Assembly: GCA_964202905.1 (NCBI GenBank)
Contig: CAXNJO010000003.1
Coordinates: forward strand, 480,001-544,000
DNA from: Polyangiales bacterium
GTDB lineage: Bacteria; Myxococcota_A; Polyangia; Polyangiales; JADJQN01
Length of the DNA: 64,000 nt
Direction: 5' to 3'
Under the pieces are notes generated by a model. That model was not told where the DNA came from and did no database searches. It saw nothing but the letters and a program-made list of their open reading frames with translations. Numbering within the stretch: position 1 is the first letter of the stretch; every line of letters starts with the position of its first letter. Below are positions 47,848-62,679 of this stretch, one piece after another. A program made the translations under genes and the position numbers.

Positions 47848-48975
47848 TTGGAAATCTCGGATTTCCCATTCTCGCGGCTGCCGGCGCTGTCCCGGAGCGC
47901 TTGCGCCGAGCTGCGGCGGGCAGCACGTCGCCTCCCGCTCGACGCGCCCGAGGCCGCGATCGCCCAGCTCACCTCGCTGCTCGGCGCGCCGCTCGTCTTC
48001 GAGCCCGCACCTCTCGAGGTCTGCCCACCGGGGGCCCTCGCGGCGTGCGTCTCCGATCCACTCGTCGCCGTGATCCTCGAGACGGGTGTCGATTTGCGCG
48101 CGCCGCGCCTCGCGGTCGAGATCGACGCACGGCTCGCCGCGTGTCTCGTCGACCGCGCCCTCGGCGGCGAGGCCGGCCCCTCGATCGTCCCTCCGCACCA
48201 TCCCCTCTCCGACGTCGCCTGCGGTGTCCTCGGCTACGTCGCCGCGCGGGCCCTCGGCGCCTGCGCCCCGGCCGGCGCGCTCCGGGTGCGCGCGGTGATC
48301 ACGTCACCCGCCGCGCTCGGGCAGGCCGTGGGGGACGCAGGGAGCCTCGTGTGGCCTGCACGCGTGACGCTCGGCGAGGACGTCGGCGTCGTGCGCGCCT
48401 GGATCCCGGACGCCTCGCTCGTGCCTCCGTTGAACGAACATCGACGCGTGGCGAGCACAAGGCTCGCGTCGCTCTGCGTGACGCTCGCGCTCGAAGCCGG
48501 CGACGCGTCTCTTCGTCCCGACGAACTCGCCTCGCTCGGGCACGGCGACGTCGTCGTGTTCGAGCGCACGCGGCTCCGGCTGGAGAACGGCGCGCCTGCG
48601 GGCACCGCAGACGTGCGCGCCGTCGGTGCAGCCCGACCGCAATGGGAAGCCGCGTTGGCGAATGGTGACGCGCGGCTCGCCGGCCGCGCGCAGCAAGGAG
48701 ATGCACGAATGACACGCGACATGACGAACTCGGTTCCCCTGCACGCTGCGCTCGACCTCGTCGGCGATGCACCGATCGAGCTGCGCGTGGAGCTCGCGCG
48801 CGTCGCGCTCACGCTCTCGGAGTTGGCGGAGATGCGGCCGGGCGAGGTGCTCGTCACCGGGCGGCCGCTCGGCACGGAGGTCGTGTTGCGCGCCGGCGAT
48901 CGCGCCGTCGCGACGGGCGAGTTGGTCGACGTCGAGGGCGAGCTCGGTGTGCGCGTGCTGCGACTCGGCACCTGA
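47848..48975 (+). CDS. sctQ: SctQ/FliM-FliN-like C-ring protein (SpoA domains)
   Basis: ELASLGHGDVV (SpoA1); C-terminal ELARVALTLSEL...GELVDVEGELGVRV (SpoA2). Confidence 0.8.
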   Translation: MEISDFPFSRLPALSRSACAELRRAARRLPLDAPEAAIAQLTSLLGAPLVFEPAPLEVCPPGALAACVSDPLVAVILETGVDLRAPRLAVEIDARLAACLVDRALGGEAGPSIVPPHHPLSDVACGVLGYVAARALGACAPAGALRVRAVITSPAALGQAVGDAGSLVWPARVTLGEDVGVVRAWIPDASLVPPLNEHRRVASTRLASLCVTLALEAGDASLRPDELASLGHGDVVVFERTRLRLENGAPAGTADVRAVGAARPQWEAALANGDARLAGRAQQGDARMTRDMTNSVPLHAALDLVGDAPIELRVELARVALTLSELAEMRPGEVLVTGRPLGTEVVLRAGDRAVATGELVDVEGELGVRVLRLGT

Positions 48976-49002
48976 CGCGCTCACCGCGTCGGGCGCCGCG
49001 CC

Positions 49003-49734
49003 TCAGTAATAGAGCGTCGCGCCGAGGAAGGGCGAGAGCAGAAGCTGCCCCCCCTCCAGGATGCCTTCTCCAAACGAGTTCTTGCCAACGGTCGAGAAGT
49101 CCGCGCGCACCCCCGCCTCGACCGCGAGATCCGCGCTGAGCTCGTACGCGACACCCGCCACGCCGCTCAGGCCGAGCGCGAGGTAATCGTTGTTCATCGT
49201 GATGAACGTGCCGTCGAGCGCGCGGTCGGAGCCCCAGAAATTGAGCTGCAGCCCCACACCGACGAACGGCACGAGCGCGCTCGCGTTGAGGAAGCTGTAG
49301 CGCACGCCCGCCCCCGCGAAGAAATTCGCGAAGGTGACGGGATCCGAACCGAGCACGCCGCCGTTCGCGTGGCCGCCCACCATCAGCTCCGCCGTGAACC
49401 CGCCCCCGAACTCCCAGCCGATCCGACCGACCAAGCCGAGCCCCGGGTCGATGCTGTCGAGGTTTTCGCGCGGCGTCGACAGGAAGATGGGCACCATGAG
49501 GTACGCGCCGTACTCGACGCCGCGGCCCTGCTGGGACTCTGCGTTTCCAGCGGATTCCGGGGTCGGCTGCGGTTGCGGCTGCGCGTACTGCGCGTTCGGA
49601 TCCCCGATGACTTGCGGCTGGCCGCTCGGGTCGACGTAACCGGGCTGACCGGGCTGCGGGCCCTCGGCGCGGACGACGGGCGCGGGAAGAATCACGAGAG
49701 CGACCACGATCCCGAGCACGTTCTGGATACGCAT
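49003..49734 (-). CDS. Small outer-membrane beta-barrel protein
   Basis: Signal peptide, amphipathic strands (GVRYSF, PFVGVG), terminal aromatic residue. Confidence 0.75.
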   Translation of the reverse strand: MRIQNVLGIVVALVILPAPVVRAEGPQPGQPGYVDPSGQPQVIGDPNAQYAQPQPQPTPESAGNAESQQGRGVEYGAYLMVPIFLSTPRENLDSIDPGLGLVGRIGWEFGGGFTAELMVGGHANGGVLGSDPVTFANFFAGAGVRYSFLNASALVPFVGVGLQLNFWGSDRALDGTFITMNNDYLALGLSGVAGVAYELSADLAVEAGVRADFSTVGKNSFGEGILEGGQLLLSPFLGATLYY

Positions 49735-49772
49735 GTTGGGTTCTCCGTGGGCGCCACCCGGGCGCCCCCAAG

Positions 49773-50246
49773 TCAATCGACGATCGCGAAGCGCGCCTCG
49801 CGCCGTTCACCAGCGCGCAGGTACTCGATGGCGAGGGTGCTGGCGACCCGCAACCCCTCCCAGACTGCGAGCGCCTGCTCGGGCCGCTCGATGGCCTGAC
49901 CGTTGACGCGCACGACGACGTCACCGGGGCGCACCCCGAGGCCTTCCGTGTCGGGCACGGTCAGCGCATCCTCGATCGACACGACGCGAAAGCCGACGAA
50001 CGCGCCGCCTTCGCGCGCAGGCTCAGTCGCGACGCGCCCGAGGAAACGCCCGAGCCCCGCGTCGAGCACAGGAACGAGCGCGCTCCGCGCGAGGGTCAGA
50101 CGCCCCGTGGCCTCCGTCGCGTCCGGCGCCGGGTCCGACGCTGCCGCAACAGTCGGGGCGCGTGGCCCGGGCGCCGCACCACCGCATCCCGCGAGGGCGA
50201 GAAGCGACACGATCGCGAAGGGCGAAATGGGGGGCATTCGGCGCAT
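49773..50246 (-). CDS. PDZ-domain lipoprotein resembling the GspC C-terminus
   Basis: Lipobox LAGC; FVGFRV, GVRPGDVVVRVNG, PEQAL. Confidence 0.75.
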   Translation of the reverse strand: MRRMPPISPFAIVSLLALAGCGGAAPGPRAPTVAAASDPAPDATEATGRLTLARSALVPVLDAGLGRFLGRVATEPAREGGAFVGFRVVSIEDALTVPDTEGLGVRPGDVVVRVNGQAIERPEQALAVWEGLRVASTLAIEYLRAGERREARFAIVD

Positions 50247-50401
50247 CGTCGCTCCAGGCGCGCGCTTGGACGGGCGCGGCGCGCGATGATTTACATGCCA
50301 CCGCGCAGCCAGCGTCAATTTTGCGCACAGCGCGGTCCGCGTCGGGTGGGCGCCATCGCACCGCGAGGTTCGAGCCACGGGCGGCGCGCCGCCCGCGACC
50401 G

Positions 50402-51049
50402 TCACGCCGCGCGGACGTCCAGCGCGAGCGCGAGGATCTCGGCCGCGACGACGTCGGCGTCACGGTGCGCGTCGACGTGAACGATGCGCTCGCCCGGGAA
50501 ATACCCCTCGATCGTCGCGTAGAACGCGACGAGGCGCGCCTGGAGCGCGTCCTCCTCGTAGAGTTCGTCCTGCGTGCCGCGGGCGCGGCGCCGTGCGCGC
50601 GTCACGTCTACGGGAACGTCGAGGACGATCGTGAGGTCGGGCCGCCGCGCTTGCCCGTTGATGGCCCGAATCCACGCGCGCGTCGCGTCGTCGCCGCCCG
50701 CCGAGAGCGACTGGTACGCGAGCGACGAATGCACGTAGCGGTCGCTCAGGACGACCATGCCATCCCGCACGTTCGGGTCGATCTCCGCCTCGAGGTGGTC
50801 GAGTCGATCGGCGGCGAACAGCAGCGCGAGCGTGCCCCACGAGGGTGGCCGCGGCCCGCTAATGCCCGGCACGACGAGACGTCCCGAGAGCATCTGCCGG
50901 ATCATCACGCCGATCGGTCCGTCGCTCGGCTCCCGCGTCGCGCGCACCGCGCGGCCGCGCGCGCGGAGCGCCTCGGTGAGCAGGCGCGTGTGGGTCGTCG
51001 TCCCGGCGCCGTCGACGCCCTCGAGCACGATGAAACAGCCATCATTCAT
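50402..51049 (-). CDS. tmk: Thymidylate kinase
   Basis: FIVLEGVDGAGTTT, TREP, LFAADR, SDRY..SSLAYQ, PDLT. Confidence 0.93.
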   Translation of the reverse strand: MNDGCFIVLEGVDGAGTTTHTRLLTEALRARGRAVRATREPSDGPIGVMIRQMLSGRLVVPGISGPRPPSWGTLALLFAADRLDHLEAEIDPNVRDGMVVLSDRYVHSSLAYQSLSAGGDDATRAWIRAINGQARRPDLTIVLDVPVDVTRARRRARGTQDELYEEDALQARLVAFYATIEGYFPGERIVHVDAHRDADVVAAEILALALDVRAA

Positions 51050-51091
51050 GAGCGCAGCGTCTCCGGGGCAGGGTGGGCGACGACGCGCCGT

Positions 51092-53245
51092 TCAGAACTT
51101 GTAGGTCACGCCGAGACGCACGTAGAGCTCGGGATCCGCGGTGAACGGCCCCCAGTCGCCGAACATCCGGCGGCCGAGCGAGCGCGGAACGCTGCCGCTG
51201 CGGTCGACGCCGTTGCCATCCGCGAGGATGCCATCAAGCTGGCCAAACGCGTTCCAGTTGCGACCGAGCACGAACTCCATCGCGCCGCCGAGTCGGAAGC
51301 GCGCGGCCGCGTTGCGTCCGGGGAGGTCGCTGCCCGAGGCGACGGGGAGCGTCGCGTCGCTGTCGCGCTCCGCGTAGCCGTACTGGTCGGTGTAGTAGTC
51401 GAGCGCGCCCCAGAGCGTGACGCTCGCGCCCGCCCCGAAATACAGCGAAAACAGCGCCTCGAGCGAGAAGCCAAAGGTGTTGATCGGGTAGCCGAGGCGC
51501 GTCGCGCACGTCGCCGCGGCATCCGGGCAGGCGCCCTCGTACGTCGGACCGATGCCGCCACCGAGCCGCGCCGCGACGCCGGCCGCGATCTGCGGGGTGA
51601 AGCGCCGGCTCAGCTCGACGCGCCCCTCGAACTCGGTCGCGCGCCCGAACATCGAGCGCACCGTGAAGCCCGCCTCGAGGTAGTCCGTGAGGCCGACCCC
51701 GAGCCGCATCTCCGCGAGGTGTGGCCACCCGAGCGACAGCCCGATCACGAAGAGTTCCGGCGGGAGCGGCCCCGCGGCGGTGATCATCGCGGTACGGCGC
51801 TCGAGCAGGCGCCGCTGCGCGCGCTCGGCCCGGGTCTGGTCCTGCTCTTCGTCCGCCACGTTCCGCAGCGTCGCCGTGATCGCGCGGCGTTCGGCGCTCG
51901 CGACGAGGTCGATCTGCGCGACGTACGGCGCATGCCCCTCCGCCCGCACCTCGATCTGATGCTGCCCCACCGGCAAGTTCCCCTCGTAAGGCGTGGGGCC
52001 GCGGGGCCGTCCATCGACGACGAGCTCGGCGCCCTCGACGTTCGCCGTGACGAGCACAGGCGTCCCGATCGGCTCGAGGCGCGCGTCGATCGTGCAGTTC
52101 TGACCAGCCCGGATCTCGCACGTCGTGCGGAAGTCCTCGTAGCCCTGCGCGACGACCACGACCGCGTGTGCGCCCCCGGGCGCGTTCTCCACGACCACGG
52201 GCGCCTGGCCCCGGTCCTCCCCGTCGATGGTCACGTGGGCGGTGCCGACGTTCGCGCTGACGACGATGCGCCCCGGCGGGAGCGACTGCGCGCGCAGTTC
52301 GAGCGAGACCACGCGCTGCGCGCCGGCCTCGATCGTGACGGTCTGCATCAGCCGCTCGTATCCGTCCGCCACGGCTTCCACGATGTGCTCGCCCGGCGCG
52401 AGGTTCGCACGCGTCGCCGGGGCCTCGCCGAGCGCCTCACCGTCGACGCTCACCCGCGCACCCGCCGCATTCGCGAGGACGCGCAGCGTCCCACCCTGCG
52501 GCGCGGCCGGACGCAGCGTGACGTTCAGCGTCGCGCGCTGGCCAGTCTGGATGGTGACGGTCTCGGTGCGCGCCGGCAGCCCCGGCGCACGGAGCTCGAC
52601 GGCGTGCGCACCGGGCGAGAGGTTCTCGATGAAGGTGGGCGTGGTCCCGCGGACCTGCGCGTCGCCGTCGATACGCACTTCGGCGCCGGAGACGTCGGAC
52701 GCGACGAGCAGCGAGCCCGTCTGCGGCGCCTCGCGCTCGAGCACTACCGGGAGTTGCAGCCCCTGGGCCGGAGCGAGGTCCACCCACTGACTGAAGGTCA
52801 CGAACCCCTCGCGGCCCACCTGCACGAGGTGGCGGCCGGGCGACAAACTCGCCGAATACGGCACGTTCCCGACTGGAACCCCATCGACGCGCACCGCTGC
52901 GCCGATGGTCGCTTCGCTGCCGCCGCTGATCGCGATCGTCGAAAGCGGACTCAGCGTCGCGCGGAAGGTCTCCCGCCGCGTGCGGATCGTGACCTGCGCT
53001 TGCGCGTCGGCATGCCGCTCGAGCCGGAAATGCAGGGTGTGCGCGCCACCGGGAACCCGCACGGCGCGGCACGGCGTCGTGCAAAGCGCAGCGCCACCCG
53101 GCGCGTCGACGAACACCTGTGCGCCGGCCGGCGTCGACTCGATGTTGACCGGAACGAGCGCTTGCGCCGACGCACGCGAGGCGATGGCCGAGAGCCCGAG
53201 CACGAAGATGCCCAACCACCGAGCGACACGATCACACCGACGCAT
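51092..53245 (-). CDS. Multi-PEGA-domain secreted protein with C-terminal barrel-like region
   Basis: About 6 repeats of S..GA.V.VDG...TP...L.PG.H.V; signal peptide; ends in YKF. Confidence 0.82.
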   Translation of the reverse strand: MRRCDRVARWLGIFVLGLSAIASRASAQALVPVNIESTPAGAQVFVDAPGGAALCTTPCRAVRVPGGAHTLHFRLERHADAQAQVTIRTRRETFRATLSPLSTIAISGGSEATIGAAVRVDGVPVGNVPYSASLSPGRHLVQVGREGFVTFSQWVDLAPAQGLQLPVVLEREAPQTGSLLVASDVSGAEVRIDGDAQVRGTTPTFIENLSPGAHAVELRAPGLPARTETVTIQTGQRATLNVTLRPAAPQGGTLRVLANAAGARVSVDGEALGEAPATRANLAPGEHIVEAVADGYERLMQTVTIEAGAQRVVSLELRAQSLPPGRIVVSANVGTAHVTIDGEDRGQAPVVVENAPGGAHAVVVVAQGYEDFRTTCEIRAGQNCTIDARLEPIGTPVLVTANVEGAELVVDGRPRGPTPYEGNLPVGQHQIEVRAEGHAPYVAQIDLVASAERRAITATLRNVADEEQDQTRAERAQRRLLERRTAMITAAGPLPPELFVIGLSLGWPHLAEMRLGVGLTDYLEAGFTVRSMFGRATEFEGRVELSRRFTPQIAAGVAARLGGGIGPTYEGACPDAAATCATRLGYPINTFGFSLEALFSLYFGAGASVTLWGALDYYTDQYGYAERDSDATLPVASGSDLPGRNAAARFRLGGAMEFVLGRNWNAFGQLDGILADGNGVDRSGSVPRSLGRRMFGDWGPFTADPELYVRLGVTYKF

Positions 53246-53387
53246 GAGACCTCCCGGGGGGACGAGGGCGACTTCTAATCGCGGATGTTCCTTTGTTCAA
53301 GGCTCGCACTCGGGCAAGGCCGCGACAACGGAGGTCACGGCGGGACGCACCGCGCGTCATGCAGTGTCGCGAGCGTCGAACGGTTCC

Positions 53388-53894
53388 TCAGGGAGCGGCG
53401 AACGCTGACTCGACGCGCTCGGGCGTGGTTCCAAATGCATGCGCAACCCGCCGATAGACCCAGGGGACGAGTCTTCCGCCGGGCGGCACGAGGATGGCGG
53501 CGAGATCCGCATCGTCGACTCCGAGGCCGACAGACTCCGGCCACGCGAGGCCCTGCTCACGCGCGCGCACGAAGTCGCGGGCACCTCCCGCGACGGCCTT
53601 CGCGCGAAGTGCGACGCGGAGCCATGCGTGGACGGCGCTCTGCAAACGGGCCCATTCCGGCAGAGGCGCATCGCCGCGCGCCGCGCGGTCGAGTTCAGCG
53701 AGACGTGCTTCGATCACTGCCATCGGCAACAGGTCGAGTTCGCGCAACGCGGACGGGAACTGCGCAGCCAGCGCGCGCAAGGCGGGGCGCGGGTCTACCG
53801 GATCGCCCGCAGCATGCAGCGCGCGGAGCCGCTGAATCGCCTCGTATTTGAGCGCGAGCGCGGCAGCGTCGGCCCGTTCTGCCAGTGCCTCCAC
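53388..53894 (-). CDS. Hypothetical protein
   Basis: Starts 3 nt after the transglycosylase stop; QFPSALRELD motif. Confidence 0.6.
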   Translation of the reverse strand: MEALAERADAAALALKYEAIQRLRALHAAGDPVDPRPALRALAAQFPSALRELDLLPMAVIEARLAELDRAARGDAPLPEWARLQSAVHAWLRVALRAKAVAGGARDFVRAREQGLAWPESVGLGVDDADLAAILVPPGGRLVPWVYRRVAHAFGTTPERVESAFAAP

Positions 53895-53897
53895 GCG

Positions 53898-56435
53898 TCA
53901 CTCGCCGTCGGACGACCAGCTGGCCGCCCCATCGTCTTGCCACGCCGCTTCCGGCTCGGCGCCGTCGTCACCTGTCACGTCCGACCAGCCAGCAGCGGAC
54001 ACCTCGGGCAGCCCGAACGGCAAGGGTTCGGTGCTCCCGACCAGCACGCGCGGCGGCGGCGGCTCGGCGCCCTCACGGTGAAAAGCGAGCACATCGATCT
54101 CGGCGAGCCCGGCCGCGAGCGCGACCTCGTCGATCCGTCCCCGCGACGCCAGACGCCGCAGGAACCCTCGCAGTCGGTCGCGCAGCCGCGGCGACGGTTC
54201 GCCGTCCTCGTACGCCTGATGGAACAGCTTCGGGCTCGGCAGAATCATCGCGAGAAAGGCGCTCTCGCCGACGGACAGTTCGCGCGGTTCACGGCCGAAG
54301 TAATGCGACGCCGCGCTGCGAACGCCATAGATCGCCGGGCCGTACTCGATCACGTTGAGATACAGCTCGAGAATCTTCTCCTTGTCGAGGACACGCTCGA
54401 TCCACCAGGTGAGCAGCACCTCCTGCACCTTGCGGGCGAGCGTCTTTTCTCGATGCAGAAACACGTTCTTCACGAGTTGCATCGTGATCGTGCTCGCCCC
54501 TTGTACGTAACGGCCGGCGCGCAGGTTCCGCACGAGCGCGACCTGGATCTCCGAAGGCGCAAAGCCGTGATGCCGGAGAAACCCTCCATCCTCGTGGGCC
54601 ATCACCGCATGCGGGAGAAACGGGCTGATCTCCGAGATCGGTGTCCACGCCGCGGAACCCGGTCCCGTCTCGAACACGAACTCCGTGTCGTCCGGCTCAA
54701 CGACCCGGTGCTCGAACGGCCGAGTGAAACGGCGGAGATCGGCCAGCATCGGGACAGCCTCGAACTCGCAGTCGTCGTCGACGTGGACCTCCACCTTCGT
54801 CGCCTCGAGGTCTGCTGCGTCGACATGGACCCGGAGGCGTCCGGCCAACGTCCCGGCGAGCCGGAAGCCCGCCAAGTCGGCCAGCAGATCCGCAGGGATC
54901 GCGCCCACAGCGACACCGCACGGCGTCGTCGGAAGCGTCGCGTTCACGTCGACGAGGTATCCGCTGGAGCCCCACTCGAGCGCACCGTCGAGCGCCACCG
55001 CGACGGAACCTCCGGAGGCTGGACCTGCCCCGTCCAGCGAAAGTCGCGCCCCATGGACTTCGAGCCGACGGCGCGACGGCACGAACGACGCGCGTCCCGA
55101 TATGCCGACCGCGAGTCCACGCACGGGAGCCGGCGCGATCCGCGACGACTCGAGCACAGCACCGCTCACGTCGACGTTGCCCGCCAGTGAGAGGCGGTCG
55201 AGGCCCTCCGCGCGGACGGCGACGTCCGCATCGACACGTGCCGCGCCCGCGTGGAGGGACGTCAACGTGGGGAAAAAAGGGAGGAACATCGCAAGCGGGA
55301 GGCGGACCATCCGCACGGCGCCCTCACCCCGCAATTCCGACGGTCGGACCTCGAGGTCCCAATGAAGCATTCCGGAGGGCACGCCCGTGCCGGTCCCCCA
55401 GGTGCGGAACACGTTCCCGGGCTCTCGAACGATGGCTCCGTGGAGTCGACGAACCACGTCCGATTCGCCCATCGGCCCGCGGTTCGCGACGACGACGTCA
55501 CCGACCCAAAACCTGGCCCGGTCGGCCACGTGCGCGAGCCATCTGCCCGCCGCGCTCTCGTCCGCCGGCATCGAGTGCGCTGCGGTCGCGCTTGCTCGGG
55601 GGACTGCCGCGAGAACGCCCCGTCCGAATGCAATCCGAAGACGCTCGCGAGTCGAGGCAGCGGATGACCCGGTCGGTGGGGCCCCATCCTCGGATGCGCC
55701 CGCTACCACACGTCCAGAGCGCACGGAAACCATCCCCAGTTGCCACAGCCCCGCTTCCCGTGAGAGCGCCACGTCGAGCCCAGCGCACGTCCAGCGCTCG
55801 CTGTCTTCTCCGCCAACATCCAAGCGCGACACGCTCATCGCGAGCGTCGATGCATTCGACACGATCCGCGCGCCATCGAACGACACCAACAGACCGGACT
55901 CGTCGCGAACCTGCCCGGCAAGCCGCTCCACGCGAACGGAGCGCGAAACGTTACGCCGCCCGGCGTCCGCGCGATTGCGCTCACGCAGACCTTCCATCCA
56001 GCGCTGGAACCCCGGCGCGGACACGTTCACGTCCGCATCGACACCTTCGACCCGCGCGGAGCGACAGGCGGAGCCCCCCTGCCAAAGCCAGGTCACGGGC
56101 GAACAATCCATAGCCACGCGCTCGACACGCAAGCGCACTCCCTCGTTCTCTCCCGCAACAACGAGCCCCTCGAGCTCCACGCGGCCAAGCGCCACATGCG
56201 CGAGCGACACTGAAGCGCCCACGTGAAGCCGCTTCACCAGTGCACGTTCGGCGTACCGTCGCACGACCTCAGGCAGCGCGAAACGCCACAGCGCCCCGAC
56301 CAGCACCGACACGGCGACGACGGCGAACAGAACACGCTTGGCACGCTCGGACCGCACGACCCGTCGGGATGTAGCACGACGGGATTCTCGCGCCGCGATG
56401 CAAACGCCCAAACACGACTCCGATGAGCTCGGCAT
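53898..56435 (-). CDS. Monofunctional peptidoglycan transglycosylase (GT51) with long N-terminal beta-rich region
   Basis: EDGGFLRHHG, GASTITMQLVKN, RKVQE, KEKILELYLN; no transpeptidase domain. Confidence 0.85.
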   Translation of the reverse strand: MPSSSESCLGVCIAARESRRATSRRVVRSERAKRVLFAVVAVSVLVGALWRFALPEVVRRYAERALVKRLHVGASVSLAHVALGRVELEGLVVAGENEGVRLRVERVAMDCSPVTWLWQGGSACRSARVEGVDADVNVSAPGFQRWMEGLRERNRADAGRRNVSRSVRVERLAGQVRDESGLLVSFDGARIVSNASTLAMSVSRLDVGGEDSERWTCAGLDVALSREAGLWQLGMVSVRSGRVVAGASEDGAPPTGSSAASTRERLRIAFGRGVLAAVPRASATAAHSMPADESAAGRWLAHVADRARFWVGDVVVANRGPMGESDVVRRLHGAIVREPGNVFRTWGTGTGVPSGMLHWDLEVRPSELRGEGAVRMVRLPLAMFLPFFPTLTSLHAGAARVDADVAVRAEGLDRLSLAGNVDVSGAVLESSRIAPAPVRGLAVGISGRASFVPSRRRLEVHGARLSLDGAGPASGGSVAVALDGALEWGSSGYLVDVNATLPTTPCGVAVGAIPADLLADLAGFRLAGTLAGRLRVHVDAADLEATKVEVHVDDDCEFEAVPMLADLRRFTRPFEHRVVEPDDTEFVFETGPGSAAWTPISEISPFLPHAVMAHEDGGFLRHHGFAPSEIQVALVRNLRAGRYVQGASTITMQLVKNVFLHREKTLARKVQEVLLTWWIERVLDKEKILELYLNVIEYGPAIYGVRSAASHYFGREPRELSVGESAFLAMILPSPKLFHQAYEDGEPSPRLRDRLRGFLRRLASRGRIDEVALAAGLAEIDVLAFHREGAEPPPPRVLVGSTEPLPFGLPEVSAAGWSDVTGDDGAEPEAAWQDDGAASWSSDGE

Positions 56436-56619
56436 GGGTCTTTGGGGAATCGTGAGGCCGACCTACGTTTTTACGGGTTGACGGCAACCGTCTCGTGGGG
56501 CCGCGCACTGTCGCGCCCCCCGCGTCACGCCGCGGCGACCAAAGCACGCGCGCGGAACGCAGACCAATGCGGAGGGCCAGCGACGCGGACCGTCCGCAGA
56601 TTCCGCGGACGGAATAAGT

Positions 56620-56651
56620 GAACCCCGCCTCCAGTAAAGGAGACGGGGTTC
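56620..56651 (-). terminator. Hairpin terminator downstream of 5S rRNA
   Basis: GAACCCCGTCTCC-TTTACT-GGAGGCGGGGTTC followed by ACTTATT; a second GC hairpin at ~56590-56612. Confidence 0.7.
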
Positions 56652-56657
56652 GAAGAA

Positions 56658-56775
56658 AACCCGGCAGCGTCCTACTCTCCCACACACTTACGCGTGCAGT
56701 ACCATCGGCTCTGGAGGGCTTGACTTCCGAGTTCGAGATGGGATCGGGTATGGCCCCTCCGACATTGCCGCCGGA
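56658..56775 (-). rRNA. rrf: 5S rRNA
   Basis: CCGATCCCATCTCGAACTCGGAAGTCAAG, GATGGTACTG and GGGAGAGTAGG motifs; ends approximate. Confidence 0.95.
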
Positions 56776-56933
56776 AGAAGTGGAAGTGTCCGCTCGCTCC
56801 GCGTGCGTCGCACGACGGAATTGACAGCGCCGAATTTGTGTTTCCGGGGCTGGGCGGCGAGCGCTCGGCACCCTGAGGTGTCCGCGCGACGCTCTTACTC
56901 CCAACCCTGGACTCGAGTTCGATGTTTGCCTTA

Positions 56934-59958
<3,025 letters not shown>

Positions 59959-60210
59959 TACCCCTAAGGCACGCATCGATGACTCGAATCCAGGGTTCGT
60001 CGCAAGAGCAGAAGCCTTGCCAAACCCGGACCGACATCATCGGCGCAATTCGTCTACGAGAAAAAAACACTTCCACGTATTAAATTTTCAGTAGGCACAC
60101 TGGACAGAGTCCAGGCTTGGAGGCCGGTCGCCTCGTTCGGTACCTCGAGCGCTGCTCGAGACATCGAACCAAGAGACCGACTGGCCGGCAGCGAACCTGC
60201 GGGCATGCGG

Positions 60211-60283
60211 TGGAGCTGATCGGGATCGAACCGATGACCCCCGGCTTGCAAAGCCGGTGCTCTCCCAGCTGAGCTACAGCCCC
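60211..60283 (-). tRNA. tRNA-Ala(TGC)
   Basis: GGGGCTGTAGCTCAG...TTGCAA...GTTCGATCC; G3:U70 pair; CCA not encoded. Confidence 0.95.
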
Positions 60284-60344
60284 TCGTGAGCTCGAACTCA
60301 GCGACACCTGCAGGGAGGCCGCTACCCAGCGAAGCCGGGTCCGG

Positions 60345-60418
60345 TGGGCCACGCTAGACTTGAACTAGCGACCTCACGCTTATCAAGCGTGCGCTCTAAC
60401 CAGCTGAGCTAGTGGCCC
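60345..60418 (-). tRNA. tRNA-Ile(GAT)
   Basis: GGGCCACTAGCTCAG...TTGATAA...GTTCAAGTC; CCA not encoded. Confidence 0.95.
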
Positions 60419-60564
60419 GTTATACGACAGGGCTCGCTCTGCTATTTGTGCCGTAGATTCTCAGAGAGCACCGCTTGCGGGCGGCACGACTCCTCAAAAC
60501 TGAGCCGGAGTTCCATTGGATGAGCGGGTATGACCGAGCTCCCTGTACCGAGGTACGGGGAATG

Positions 60565-62131
<1,567 letters not shown>

Positions 62132-62401
62132 AAAACTGTGAGCGTCCTTTGTGGCGACCGGCTAAGAATCGCCACTCGGCTCTCGGATATTACCCAAACT
62201 CGTCAAGGCCGAGACCTTGACGAAGGGACCCGTTCATCCTGCACATTGCTGTGCATTGGATGGAACTCCGATTCAGTTTTCAGGAGTCGAACTTGCTCGC
62301 GGCATCCGGATAGACCGGCGTACCTGGCTAGCTGACTTGCGAAGCATCCGACTCTGCAGCGGCTCCGCTTTCGCGGCGACCCTCGTCTGCAGGGGAGGCG
62401 G

Positions 62402-62429
62402 ATACTGACAGCGTTTTGTTTTCGTGCAA
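62402..62429 (-). promoter_or_regulatory. rrn promoter (proximal)
   Basis: TTGCAC-N16-CAGTAT, upstream A-tracts, GC-rich discriminator. Confidence 0.65.
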
Positions 62430-62679
62430 GCTTTTTTTCGACTCGGAAGCTTTTTCTTCCGGCGCCCCGTTTTACCGGGGGAGCTGCTCACCGCCCACCC
62501 AAGGAGGGGCGGTCCCACCAGCGCGACCTGCATCGGTCGCCGAACCTGGCAGAGGGCTTTCTTTCAGCTGATAGCCGGAGGTGCCGCCGTAGCGATACCA
62601 CGCGACCTTCAAACTCTCGAAGAATCCGTCCTTGCAGCGGCCCCGCTTTCGCGGCGACTCTCGCTTCCAAGGGAGGCGG

